From contig CAXDMJ010000004.1 of NCBI GenBank assembly GCA_963990035.1, positions 879-64,878 on the forward strand: DNA of 64,000 bases, given 5' to 3'. This stretch comes from an uncultured Candidatus Poseidoniales archaeon (GTDB taxonomy: Archaea; Thermoplasmatota; Poseidoniia; Poseidoniales; Thalassarchaeaceae). The notes beneath the pieces were generated by a model. It was not told the origin of the DNA. It worked only from the letters and a program-made list of their open reading frames with translations, and made no database searches. This document shows, one piece after another, positions 18,521 through 27,951 of the stretch. The translations under genes and the position numbers were made by a program. Numbering within the stretch: position 1 is the stretch's first letter; the number at the start of each line of letters is the position of its first letter.

Positions 18521-19333
18521 ATGGTTGATATCAGAGATTTAGAATGGGTCGCACTACGAGAGGATGACGGTCGAGCATATTTACTACAAAAAAAACCAGG
18601 TGAAATTAAGATTAAGGGACTAGGGAGATTTGACTCAGGAGAACTATTAGATGGTTTTTCTATTGGAGATCGAATCAAGGTAGGACAGAAATCTCTGACT
18701 ATAGTCAAAGCGGCCTTACCTGAAGCAAGACGTAATATGTTTAGACGAGCACAAACTATAGGAATAAAAGATTCAGGATTCCTACTTTCTTGGATGGGAA
18801 TTGGAGTTGGAAGTCGCGTATTAGAAGGTGGACATGGCTCTGCAGGACTTGCAATGCATATTGCCAATGTTTTAGGAAAAGATGGTACTTTAATTTCAGT
18901 AGAGATTCGCGATGAACATGCTCAAGTTGGTAAACAAAATATGGATAGATTAAAAGAGATATTACCAGAATTTCCAGATTGGCACTTACTTGTAGGGGAC
19001 CTTATAGAAGTTGAAGATAAAGTCAAAGAAATTTGTGATGATATAGATGCAGCTATAATTGACATGGCTGAACCTTGGACAGTCATTAAATCAATAATTC
19101 CAACTATTAGAATAGGTGGAAGAATTGCATGTTATTGTCCTACAACATCTCAACTAGAGAAATCTTGGAACGCTTGTGAAGATGCTGGACTAGAAATAGA
19201 ATGGGCGGGAGAAATGATAGAAAGAAAATGGAGTAAAGCAAGTAAAGGAGGCGTAAGACCTGGTAATCAACCAATGGGTCATACAGCATTTTTACTTATT
19301 GCTGCCAAAATTGCATCAGAGGAAGAAGAATAG
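18521..19333 (+). CDS. trmI: tRNA (adenine-N1)-methyltransferase, TrmI/GCD14 family
   Basis: SAM motif VLEGGHGSAGLAMHIA, ..GTLISVEIRDEHA.., IDMAEPW. The N-terminal small beta-domain is typical of TrmI. Confidence 0.7.
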   Translation: MVDIRDLEWVALREDDGRAYLLQKKPGEIKIKGLGRFDSGELLDGFSIGDRIKVGQKSLTIVKAALPEARRNMFRRAQTIGIKDSGFLLSWMGIGVGSRVLEGGHGSAGLAMHIANVLGKDGTLISVEIRDEHAQVGKQNMDRLKEILPEFPDWHLLVGDLIEVEDKVKEICDDIDAAIIDMAEPWTVIKSIIPTIRIGGRIACYCPTTSQLEKSWNACEDAGLEIEWAGEMIERKWSKASKGGVRPGNQPMGHTAFLLIAAKIASEEEE

Positions 19334-19368
19334 ATTTGATTCATAACCAAGTATTCATCCGCACAAAC

Positions 19369-20778
19369 ATGCGAGACAGTACCGAGTGGAAACCTACTTC
19401 TTATCGAACACATACAATTGGTCAAATTGTTAGTGATGGTTCAACACTGGTTGGAAGTGAAGTCAGTGTTGCAGGATATGCAGAAACAATACGCGGAAGA
19501 GGAGCGATTTGTTTCTTAATGTTAAGAGATGGAACAGGTCATATTCAAGCATTCTTGAAAAAAGATAACATGGAACCAGAAGTTTTTGATTTCATTCAAT
19601 CTTCAACTAGAGAATCAACTATCCAAGTTACCGGAGTAGTAGCACAAAAAAGACCACCTAAAGTAGCAGAAGGTGAACCATCACCACCTCCCGAGTATGA
19701 AGTAAATGTTACATCTGGACAAGTGCTTGCAAATGCAGCAGCCCCACTACCATTAGGTGTAATAGATGAGGTTAAAGTTGGACTCGACATAAGATTAGAC
19801 AACAGACATTTAGATCTACGAAGAGCGCATGTAAACGCTATGTTCCAATTAAGAAGCAAAGTACTACAATACGGACGTGAACTTCTAATTAAGGAAGGTT
19901 TCATGGAAATGAATAGTCCAAAAATTATTGCTAGTGCATCAGAGGGAGGGACGAATCTTTTTCCAATGATGTATTTCGATACACCAGCATTCCTTAGCCA
20001 ATCACCTCAATTATACAAACAATTAGCAGTCCTTGGAGGCCTAGAAAGAGTCTTTGAAATCGGGCCCGCATTTAGAGCAGAAAAACACGATACTTATCGA
20101 CATCTGAACGAATTTATATCATTCGATATAGAAGGAGCATGGATGGATGATGAAGATGTAATGTGCGTTCAAGAACGTATGATCCACTACATATGGTCAT
20201 CTGTTTCGGAAAATGATCAGAGTCTAATTGATACTATAAATAAATATAAACTCAGTCAAAATGAAGAAGAAATATCTGTCATAATTCCTGAAATCCCATT
20301 TCCAAGAATCCCATATTGCGATGCCATTGAAATTGTGAAATCAGGTGGTGGAGATATTGAATGGGGAGATGATATTGAAAGTCATCATTGTGATCTAATA
20401 GCAGAAAAATACCCTGGTTTCCACTTCTTACCTCGTTGGCCTATGGCAATGAAACCATTCTACATATACCATGATAAAGATGAAAAGTCTGCAACAGGAG
20501 GACAGTTGAGTCGTGGATTTGATCTTAATTATGGGCGTGATGAAATGACTAGTGGAGGACAAAGAGAACACAGGGTAGATATGCTTGAACAAAATCTTAG
20601 AGACATGGATCTAAACCCTGAAGACTTCACATTCTACACTGATGGTTTCCGTTATGGTGCTCCACCTCATGCAGGATGGGGACTCGGTGTTGCACGTTTA
20701 CTAATGGTATTAACCGGCGCAGGGAATGTTCGCGAAGTAGTTCTATTCCCTAGAGATAGAAGTAGAGTTACACCCTGA
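19369..20778 (+). CDS. aspS: Aspartyl-tRNA synthetase, archaeal/eukaryotic type
   Basis: Class II motifs FRAEKHDTYRHLNEF, GGQREH, GAPPHAGWGLGVARL. OB-fold N-terminus. The track ORF begins at a TTG at 19336; the ATG at 19369 (MRDSTEW..) is more likely. Confidence 0.9.
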   Translation: MRDSTEWKPTSYRTHTIGQIVSDGSTLVGSEVSVAGYAETIRGRGAICFLMLRDGTGHIQAFLKKDNMEPEVFDFIQSSTRESTIQVTGVVAQKRPPKVAEGEPSPPPEYEVNVTSGQVLANAAAPLPLGVIDEVKVGLDIRLDNRHLDLRRAHVNAMFQLRSKVLQYGRELLIKEGFMEMNSPKIIASASEGGTNLFPMMYFDTPAFLSQSPQLYKQLAVLGGLERVFEIGPAFRAEKHDTYRHLNEFISFDIEGAWMDDEDVMCVQERMIHYIWSSVSENDQSLIDTINKYKLSQNEEEISVIIPEIPFPRIPYCDAIEIVKSGGGDIEWGDDIESHHCDLIAEKYPGFHFLPRWPMAMKPFYIYHDKDEKSATGGQLSRGFDLNYGRDEMTSGGQREHRVDMLEQNLRDMDLNPEDFTFYTDGFRYGAPPHAGWGLGVARLLMVLTGAGNVREVVLFPRDRSRVTP

Positions 20779-20785
20779 TAATAAA

Positions 20786-20968
20786 GTGAGATATATGCTT
20801 CAACAATTAAAAATGTTTTATGACATTGTTAATGCGTCAGATGATGGGTTAGGACTTCCAATAAAAAATATCATTTCTAAACTAAAAAGAGTCATTATTG
20901 GAACATTAATAATATCTATGAGTATTGGGATAGGTTTAGGTTATGTCATATTTGTGATAATTCTTTGA
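20786..20968 (+). CDS. Possible small tail-anchored membrane protein (hypothetical)
   Basis: 60-codon ORF with a GTG start, or an ATG 9 nt in. One C-terminal TM segment (IIGTLIISMSIGIGLGYVIFVIIL). No recognisable family. It sits in a 246-bp gap. Confidence 0.25.
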   Translation: MRYMLQQLKMFYDIVNASDDGLGLPIKNIISKLKRVIIGTLIISMSIGIGLGYVIFVIIL

Positions 20969-21024
20969 TTGATTTCATAAATCACTTCACCGAAAAGAAC
21001 GGGTATCAGAAACCCCTGCGGTAA

Positions 21025-21771
21025 ATGAGATATATGAGCAAGCCGACCTTTGCATACTTACTTCTAAAAGAACATCCATACGGTAGAGAGATGCTCAAAC
21101 AACTAATTTCTGAGGGTTTTATCCCAGCTATTATTATCACAGAAGATTCAAAAATAGCAGATGAAGAAAGAGAGAAGTTCCTTAAAAGAATTGAAGGTAA
21201 TCCTATTGCCCCGGAAGTTCGAAAACAATTAGAGGAATTATCAAAAGAAGGAATAAATATTAAGAATATAGAAGTTTCAATTCATAATTCAGAACAGGTA
21301 ATGCCACATATTAAAGAGATAGATTTAGATCTCATTGTATTTGGAGGGACAAGAATAATCAGAGGAGAAATACTAGATTATCCTAAACACGGAGTAATCA
21401 ATAGTCATCCGGGACTACTGCCAGAATGTCGAGGTTCAGCATCTCCTGCATGGAGCGTATATCATGACATCCCCATAGGATCATCAACACATTTTTGTGA
21501 TAATGGAGTAGATACTGGACACTTATTATTAAAGAGAGAAGTTCCTGTTAAAAGAGGTATGAATTATGAAGATTTATGCTATGAAACTCTTGTTCTAGCT
21601 GGAATTCTTATGAAGGAAGCATTGATTGCTTATGAAGAAGGCAGATGGAATGAAATGCGTCATCCACAAGGAGAGAGTGACCACCCTACATTCCGTAATG
21701 CTCCTGATGAAATATTAGAAAAAGTCTATCAAATATTGTCTGATGAGACTTATGCACATTACGTAGATTGA
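21025..21771 (+). CDS. Formyltransferase-family protein (Fmt/PurN-like catalytic domain only)
   Basis: INSHPGLLPECRGSASPAW (Asn/His of the catalytic triad) and GVDTGHLL (Asp). 248 aa with an insertion after the first beta-alpha unit. Confidence 0.65.
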   Translation: MRYMSKPTFAYLLLKEHPYGREMLKQLISEGFIPAIIITEDSKIADEEREKFLKRIEGNPIAPEVRKQLEELSKEGINIKNIEVSIHNSEQVMPHIKEIDLDLIVFGGTRIIRGEILDYPKHGVINSHPGLLPECRGSASPAWSVYHDIPIGSSTHFCDNGVDTGHLLLKREVPVKRGMNYEDLCYETLVLAGILMKEALIAYEEGRWNEMRHPQGESDHPTFRNAPDEILEKVYQILSDETYAHYVD

Positions 21772-21780
21772 GGTTTTGAA

Positions 21781-22587
21781 ATGGAAAAATTACTAGATAC
21801 TGAATTCCCATATGCTGATAATATTCTGAAAGGAAAAACTGCACTTGTTTGTGGAGCATCTAAAGGAATTGGAAGAGCCACTGCTCTAATGCTGGCTCGT
21901 GCTGGTGCGCAAGTAATTATTTGTGCAAGATCGGATGAAGAATTAATGAAATTATCGAATGAAATGCATGGCGATAATCATATCATCTTAAATTTAGACT
22001 TGGAAAATATCTCTACTTTAGAAGTAGAGATTAATAATTTGATTAAAAAACAACCGATACATATCCTAGTAAACAATTCAGGTGGGCCACCAGGTGGGCC
22101 ACTACTATCGAATACAATTGATGATTTCGAAGGACCATTCAAGAGGCATTTGTATGCAGCTCATACAATTACACGTATCTTAACCCCAGTTATGGAAAAG
22201 GAAGGATATGGTAGGATAGTAAATATAATTTCTACATCCGTGAGAGAGCCAATTGACAATATAGGATTATCCAATACACTCAGAGGAGCTATGGGTTCAT
22301 GGTCAAAATCTTTATCACGTGAATTAAAACCATGCATCACCATAAATAATATACTCCCTGGTTTTACAGATACTGATAGATTGGGATCACTCGCAGAGTC
22401 AATCTCAACTAGAACTGGTGACTCAATTGAAGAAGTACAAAATAGATGGATGAACTCAGTCCCAATTGAAAGACTAATTGATCCATTCGAAACAGGGGCA
22501 GCAGTTACTTGGCTATGCCTACCCAGTAGTGGGGCAATAAGAGGCATTAGTTTAGCAGTAGATGGCGGAAGAATGCGTTCAATTTGA
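21781..22587 (+). CDS. SDR-family oxidoreductase (FabG-like) with non-canonical catalytic positions
   Basis: GASKGIGRATA (cofactor loop), NNSGG, PGFTDT. By-eye alignment places LSNTLRGA where YxxxK is expected, i.e. Tyr->Ser and Lys->Arg. Confidence 0.7.
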   Translation: MEKLLDTEFPYADNILKGKTALVCGASKGIGRATALMLARAGAQVIICARSDEELMKLSNEMHGDNHIILNLDLENISTLEVEINNLIKKQPIHILVNNSGGPPGGPLLSNTIDDFEGPFKRHLYAAHTITRILTPVMEKEGYGRIVNIISTSVREPIDNIGLSNTLRGAMGSWSKSLSRELKPCITINNILPGFTDTDRLGSLAESISTRTGDSIEEVQNRWMNSVPIERLIDPFETGAAVTWLCLPSSGAIRGISLAVDGGRMRSI

Positions 22588-22597
22588 GTGTGATATT

Positions 22598-23842
22598 ATG
22601 TTATTCGATATTTTCTTTTCAATCTCTCAAACACCAGATACATCAGGGCATAAACCATCAGAAAACCAAATGTTTTCAAATTTTTTGGACCAAGTGGAAT
22701 TAGCAGACGAGTTAGGATTTGGAATTGGTTGGGTCGCTCAAGCTCACTTATCAACTGAAGTACAAAAGAGAAACAGTAAACCAGTAGTTCCTCATTACCC
22801 AGGTGAGGTTGGGTTATGCACTGATTTTTTTCAAATTGCTCAGAAAATGTTTTCTAGAACCAAAAGGATGGAAGTAGGAAGTGCGGTATTATCAATTCTA
22901 GCATCAGGTGGACCAATTGCTATTGCTGAAAGAGTTGGATCATTCTTAGCACTGCACGGCATGGCTGAAGATGAATCGAGACGTTTACATATTGGATTTT
23001 CGGCTGGTCGGTTTGAATTTATGGCTAGACCATATGGAATTGTCCCTAGAAATCCAATTGAGGAAGAAGCATGGCCAGCACTAAGAGGGCAAATATTTGC
23101 AGAAGCATCAGAAATATTCCTAAGATTATTAAATGGTGAAGTAATTTCATCAGAAATGATTAGAGATACTATTCTTACAAGAGATAATTTCCGTTCAGAT
23201 TCAGACTGGAATAATGTACAAAAAGCTTCAAAGAAATATAATAAAACTGAGGAGTTACCCGATTCTATCGAAATACCTCATAGGTATGAGTTTGAAGAAA
23301 TAAAAACAATACCTCAAGAATGGAGAAGAGAATTGCTAAATTTAGTATTAGGCAGTCACGATCCTAAACTACAAATTGAAGTGAATAAATGGAGACCTGT
23401 TCAAGTGTTTAATCTTAGTATTACACCACCACATGTCATTGATGCAACCCATGAAAGAATGAAAGAGAATTATCATCCAGATGGAGGTGAATGGAATAGA
23501 GGTATGATGCCTCGTACGATAATGGTATTCGTGAATGATGAAGAGGGTTTGACTCCCGAAGAACAGAGTTTAGCTGCAAAGAAAGAAGCAAAAGCAGCAC
23601 TGTCCACATATTGGAGTGCTTTAGAGGGAACAATAGATCCGGCTAAAGTAGAAAGAGCAAGTGATAATGCAGTTATTGGAAATATCGATGAAGTAGCAGA
23701 ACAAATTATGAAAAGATTCCATTCTAGTGATAGGCTAATGTGTTGGTTTGACTTTTTCAATCATGATAGTGATAGAGTACAACGTGATATGACTGCGTTT
23801 ATGAAAAAAGTAGCACCACTTGTAAATGGGGTGATTGAATGA
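22598..23842 (+). CDS. Luciferase-like monooxygenase (LLM) family flavin/F420-dependent oxidoreductase
   Basis: LuxA-like N-terminus MLFDIFFSISQTPDTSG...FLDQVELADELGFGIGWVAQAHLS. About 415 aa. The track ORF starts at 22562 inside the upstream gene; the ATG at 22598 is preferred. Confidence 0.55.
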   Translation: MLFDIFFSISQTPDTSGHKPSENQMFSNFLDQVELADELGFGIGWVAQAHLSTEVQKRNSKPVVPHYPGEVGLCTDFFQIAQKMFSRTKRMEVGSAVLSILASGGPIAIAERVGSFLALHGMAEDESRRLHIGFSAGRFEFMARPYGIVPRNPIEEEAWPALRGQIFAEASEIFLRLLNGEVISSEMIRDTILTRDNFRSDSDWNNVQKASKKYNKTEELPDSIEIPHRYEFEEIKTIPQEWRRELLNLVLGSHDPKLQIEVNKWRPVQVFNLSITPPHVIDATHERMKENYHPDGGEWNRGMMPRTIMVFVNDEEGLTPEEQSLAAKKEAKAALSTYWSALEGTIDPAKVERASDNAVIGNIDEVAEQIMKRFHSSDRLMCWFDFFNHDSDRVQRDMTAFMKKVAPLVNGVIE

Positions 23843-25020
23843 GTGGGAAAAAAAATATCACACCTTCATCTGTATCACCAGGTAGACCGGGGTCAGCAGT
23901 ATTCCCTACAACTCCTTTAGGAGAAAAACATGAAGGAATTGCAACGGGTAGGGATGTTGAATGGGAACCACTAGTTGATTTTAGAAGAATGGACATATCT
24001 GAAAATACAATACATGGAGCAGTTGCTTGGGCACATGGAAATGAGATTATACATTCATTTGGAGGAAATGTCCTAGTATACGGCCGATCTATGATGAAAC
24101 CACTAATGATGAAAACCTTTACGAAAGTTTTGGAAGATGAATTAAATTGGGAACAAAAAGCAATTTCTTGTTCATCACATAATGGAGATACAGAGCATGT
24201 GGCTGCGGCACAGTCGATTTTAACAGAATCAGAATGGGGGTTAATGCAATGCCCTCTAGATGTTCCATTAATTCAATTTGGAAGGCAAGTTAGAAGGCCG
24301 AGAAGATGGTTTCATACCTGTTCAGGAGAACATGCGGCAATGTTGAAAGGATTGCGGAAGATGGGGATAAACAGGGCAGGATACACACTACCTAGCTCAC
24401 CCTGGTTCCCTCTTTTCTTAGATGTACTTAGAGAGTATATGGATAAACCAGATTGGAACCCTCAGAGAGTTGCAAAGGATGGTTGTGGGCTACCTACTGT
24501 ATCCAATACTGTCGATGAACTTGCAGTAATGTTTGCGGGACTTGCTACCAATAAAGATGAAGATTGGATATGGGAAGCAATGAATAAAAATCCTGATTTA
24601 ATAGGTGGTTTTAATCGTCTGGATTCTACATGCCTGAAAGCAGGGGAGGGAAAACTAATCGCTAAAGAAGGAGCAGATGGTTTACTTGGCCTATCAGTAG
24701 AACATCCAGATTGGCCAAAAGGTCTAGGAGTAGTAATAAAAATCGCACATGGATGGAATTCGCAAGCAACATGGTATGTAGCAAGAGCAGTTTTAGGAGT
24801 ACTAGGTATCGAATTGAGGAACCCTTACCCATTACATCGACAAAAAGCATTTATTGTCCCAGGAATAGTTCCTGAACAATATCAAAATGCTCTAGAAGAA
24901 GTTGTAACATGGGATGAATGGGACCCCGACCAGGATAGATTTAATTTAGACTGGAATGAATACTCAGCAGCTATGTCTCGTAAAGATCCATTTTCTAATG
25001 AAGGCGGTATGGAGGGATAA
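23839..25020 (+). CDS. Asparaginase-II family (PF06089-like) protein
   Basis: RSMMKPLMM, SCSSHNGDTEHV, HTCSGEHAAML and KDGCGLPT resemble the conserved blocks of the Rhizobium-type asparaginase II family. The start overlaps the upstream stop (ATGA). Confidence 0.55.
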   Translation: MSGKKNITPSSVSPGRPGSAVFPTTPLGEKHEGIATGRDVEWEPLVDFRRMDISENTIHGAVAWAHGNEIIHSFGGNVLVYGRSMMKPLMMKTFTKVLEDELNWEQKAISCSSHNGDTEHVAAAQSILTESEWGLMQCPLDVPLIQFGRQVRRPRRWFHTCSGEHAAMLKGLRKMGINRAGYTLPSSPWFPLFLDVLREYMDKPDWNPQRVAKDGCGLPTVSNTVDELAVMFAGLATNKDEDWIWEAMNKNPDLIGGFNRLDSTCLKAGEGKLIAKEGADGLLGLSVEHPDWPKGLGVVIKIAHGWNSQATWYVARAVLGVLGIELRNPYPLHRQKAFIVPGIVPEQYQNALEEVVTWDEWDPDQDRFNLDWNEYSAAMSRKDPFSNEGGMEG

Positions 25021-25021
25021 A

Positions 25022-26458
25022 GTGAAACTCCAGAATTATATTTCAGGCTTATTTGTAGAGCCAGATTCTGGAGAATGGATGGAAGACTATTCACCTGCTA
25101 CAGGAAAAGTTATTGGACATGTGCCAAAATCACAAAAAAGTGACATAGATAAAGCAGTTCAAGCAGCTAAAGATGCTTTACCATCATGGTCCTCTTTAAC
25201 ACATATTGAAAGATCAGAATGGTTAGATAAAATTGCAGACAATCTAGAATCAAAATATGAAGAAATTGCTCAGTTAGAAAGTAGAGATACAGGAAAGCCA
25301 ATAACATTAGCAAGAGAAGTCGACGCTTATCGATCAGTTAAGAATTTCAGATTCTTTTCAGAAACAATTAGAAATTTAAGTCCTGAAAACTTCGAAATGG
25401 AAGATGCAAATAACAGAGTAATCTTCAAACCAGTAGGTGTAGGGGCATTAATTACTCCATGGAATTTACCTCTTTACTTACTATCGTGGAAAGTTGCACC
25501 AGCAATCGGAATGGGTAATACAGTAGTTTGTAAGCCAAGTGAATTAACTCCAATGACTGCAGACTTATTGATGAAAGCGATTGATGAAGTTGGACTTCCA
25601 AAAGGAGTAATTAATCTCGTCCATGGTGATGGAATGGGTGCAGGTTCACCGTTAGTATCACACCAAGATGTTGATTTGGTATCATTTACCGGTGGGACTT
25701 CTACTGGATCTATCGTTGCACAATCGGCAGCAGCATCATTCAAGAAATTAAGTCTAGAATTAGGTGGGAAAAATGCGAGTATTATATTCGATGACTGTGA
25801 CTTAGATAAAACTATCAAAGGAGTTGTAAGGTCTGGATTTTTGAATCAAGGACAAGTTTGTCTTTGTGGTAGCAGAATACTTGTACAAGAAAATATCTAT
25901 GATGAATTCATTAAAAAATTCGTTAATGAAGTCGAAAATATGAAAATTGGTGACCCTTCGAATGAAGATACGAAATTAGGTGCATTAATCTCTCCTCAAC
26001 ATCTATTAAAAATTGAGGAATATATACAAATTGCTAAAGATGAGGGTGGAACTATTCTAACCGGAGGATATCCTTGTTTACCAAAAGAATTTGAAAAAGG
26101 AAATTGGATTTCGCCGACGGTAATAGTGGATTTAGAGGTTGATTCTAGATGCTCAATAGAAGAAATATTTGGACCTATAGTAACAATTCATAAATTTAGC
26201 AATGAAGAAGAGGCAATAAAAATTGCAAATAATACTAGATATGGTTTAGCTGGAAGTATATGGACTACAGATTTAGAAAAAGGAAATAGAGTTGCGGAAC
26301 AAATTCACACTGGTATGATATGGATTAACACCTGGCTACATAGAGATCTAAGAGTACCATTTGGAGGAGTTAAAGATTCAGGAGTTGGCCGAGAAGGAGG
26401 CAGATGGAGCCTAGGATTCTTCTCTGAAACAATGAATATATGCACTAAATATGACTAA
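25022..26458 (+). CDS. NAD(P)-dependent aldehyde dehydrogenase (hydroxymuconic/aminomuconic semialdehyde dehydrogenase-like, ALDH8-like)
   Basis: ELGGKNA (Glu), NQGQVCLCGSR (Cys), VKNFRFFSE, FGGVKDSGVGREGG. I prefer the GTG at 25022, preceded by GGAGG (..GGAGGGATAAAGTG..). The track ORF starts at 24956 inside the upstream gene. Confidence 0.8.
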   Translation: MKLQNYISGLFVEPDSGEWMEDYSPATGKVIGHVPKSQKSDIDKAVQAAKDALPSWSSLTHIERSEWLDKIADNLESKYEEIAQLESRDTGKPITLAREVDAYRSVKNFRFFSETIRNLSPENFEMEDANNRVIFKPVGVGALITPWNLPLYLLSWKVAPAIGMGNTVVCKPSELTPMTADLLMKAIDEVGLPKGVINLVHGDGMGAGSPLVSHQDVDLVSFTGGTSTGSIVAQSAAASFKKLSLELGGKNASIIFDDCDLDKTIKGVVRSGFLNQGQVCLCGSRILVQENIYDEFIKKFVNEVENMKIGDPSNEDTKLGALISPQHLLKIEEYIQIAKDEGGTILTGGYPCLPKEFEKGNWISPTVIVDLEVDSRCSIEEIFGPIVTIHKFSNEEEAIKIANNTRYGLAGSIWTTDLEKGNRVAEQIHTGMIWINTWLHRDLRVPFGGVKDSGVGREGGRWSLGFFSETMNICTKYD

Positions 26459-27816
26459 CGACGATTTCTTCGTCCTTTGCCTTTCTTATTCTTTCCAGAC
26501 TTAGAATCCCAATTCCTTCCTGGTTTATTAGACCAAGAACTTGTGTCTACGTCGGGGTAATTATTTTTTTCTAATTTCTTTCTTAAACCGCGAGGTAACT
26601 CTTGAATTGAGTTAACATCAAGTTTCACACCAATATCTTGCTCAAGTTGACGAATTCCTTCACCACCAGAACCTATTATCGATCCTATTGCGGCATCATC
26701 AACATAAATCGCAGCAGAGGAATCTGTCAAAAATTTAGCATGCTTAATAGAAATTCCTGTAAGTCGAGTAGCTTCTCTTTTGAGCTCTTCTGCAGCTAAA
26801 TTCCAAGCAGGACTACCTCCATCTTCCCCGTTACCACTGACAGGAACTACGGCTATCTCTGAACCGAAGGCAAACATCTCATGTGTCAAAACATTGGATG
26901 GAAACTCTCTGATTTCGATTACTGGGCGACTTAAGTCAGATTCCATTCCAGTAGGTGCTCTAACTACCATCTTCAATTCTAGAACTTGATTTATCTTCCC
27001 TTTTTCTATATGTATGACTGTATCTAATACTTGAGAAATCAGTCCTAATTCAACCTTGCCTACAAGCCTTTGAATTGCTTGGAGACCACTATTTGCATGA
27101 GTCACCCCTAGAAGGCCTACCCCCGCTAAACGTACATCCCCAAATATTTCAAAATCTCTTGTTCGACGGACTTCATCAAATATAACGAAATCAGGCCTTA
27201 ATAAAAATATAATTTCAGCAGTTTTTTCTAAATCTCCCTCTAAAGGAGCATACTGAGTTACTCTTTGAGGTACTTGTAAATCACGAGGTGACTCCATAGT
27301 TTTAACCATAAAGCCCATATCTGAATCAAGATATGAAGCAATAGCTTGTGCGAAGGTTGTTTTCCCAGAACCAGGTTTTCCTACTACAAATATTCCTCGA
27401 TGATGATTTGAAATCCTATTGATTAGTTCAGGATCTAATTCGTAATCAGAAAGTTTGAGATTTGCCACAGGTCTAACTACAGTTATTTCCCAAGCATCTG
27501 CAAATGGAGGCCATGCACAACTGACTCTTAAGTCACCTATTTGCATTACTTTACATCCTTCTCTCTCTATTTCTATAAAACAATCTGAGCGTGATGTATT
27601 TTGTTCAATTATTAATGACAAATCATCAGATAAATCCTCTAAAGATGGCTTGTCCCAAGGCTCTTTTTCTAGATCATTTAAAGTCAAAGATGAGATGTGT
27701 CCACTCTTAACTCTAGGTTTACATTCGGCTTTCAAAAAGATTGTAGATACAGTATCATCTAGTAGAAGAGACTCAAGTGTTTCTGGTAACGGAGGATGTT
27801 CACCAAATGATGCCAT
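26455..27816 (-). CDS. PilT/VirB11-like ATPase with C-terminal KH domain (archaeal PINA-like, no clear PIN domain)
   Basis: Walker A GKPGSGKTT, Walker B VIFDEVR, GVTHANS. KH-like IGSIIGSGGEGIRQLEQDIGVKLDV. Lys/Arg-rich tail. Confidence 0.6.
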   Translation of the reverse strand: MASFGEHPPLPETLESLLLDDTVSTIFLKAECKPRVKSGHISSLTLNDLEKEPWDKPSLEDLSDDLSLIIEQNTSRSDCFIEIEREGCKVMQIGDLRVSCAWPPFADAWEITVVRPVANLKLSDYELDPELINRISNHHRGIFVVGKPGSGKTTFAQAIASYLDSDMGFMVKTMESPRDLQVPQRVTQYAPLEGDLEKTAEIIFLLRPDFVIFDEVRRTRDFEIFGDVRLAGVGLLGVTHANSGLQAIQRLVGKVELGLISQVLDTVIHIEKGKINQVLELKMVVRAPTGMESDLSRPVIEIREFPSNVLTHEMFAFGSEIAVVPVSGNGEDGGSPAWNLAAEELKREATRLTGISIKHAKFLTDSSAAIYVDDAAIGSIIGSGGEGIRQLEQDIGVKLDVNSIQELPRGLRKKLEKNNYPDVDTSSWSNKPGRNWDSKSGKNKKGKGRRNRR

Positions 27817-27951
27817 GTGCCTAAGATAGGCTTCTTAGATTTCATGTTTGGCTTATTATTAGAGATAATGTATCAATTCATGAATAATGCATATGGATGA
27901 AGAGAAAAGCGGTAAGACTGAAAGTATTGATGTTTAGGGAAGCATGGTAAT

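Noticed and set aside
18478-18867. 129-aa minus-strand ORF
   Set aside because: It is antisense to trmI, which has clear methyltransferase motifs.
20786-21040. Shared 11-nt TGAGATATATG at the starts of two consecutive ORFs (both begin MRYM), considered as a duplication or regulatory motif
   Set aside because: There are only two short copies. The likeliest explanations are coincidence or a similar translation-initiation context, with the real starts possibly at the second ATG of each.
22562-22597. Track start of the LLM gene lying 26 nt inside the SDR gene
   Set aside because: The downstream ATG at 22598 gives the conserved LuxA-like N-terminus (MLFDIFF..) and removes the overlap.
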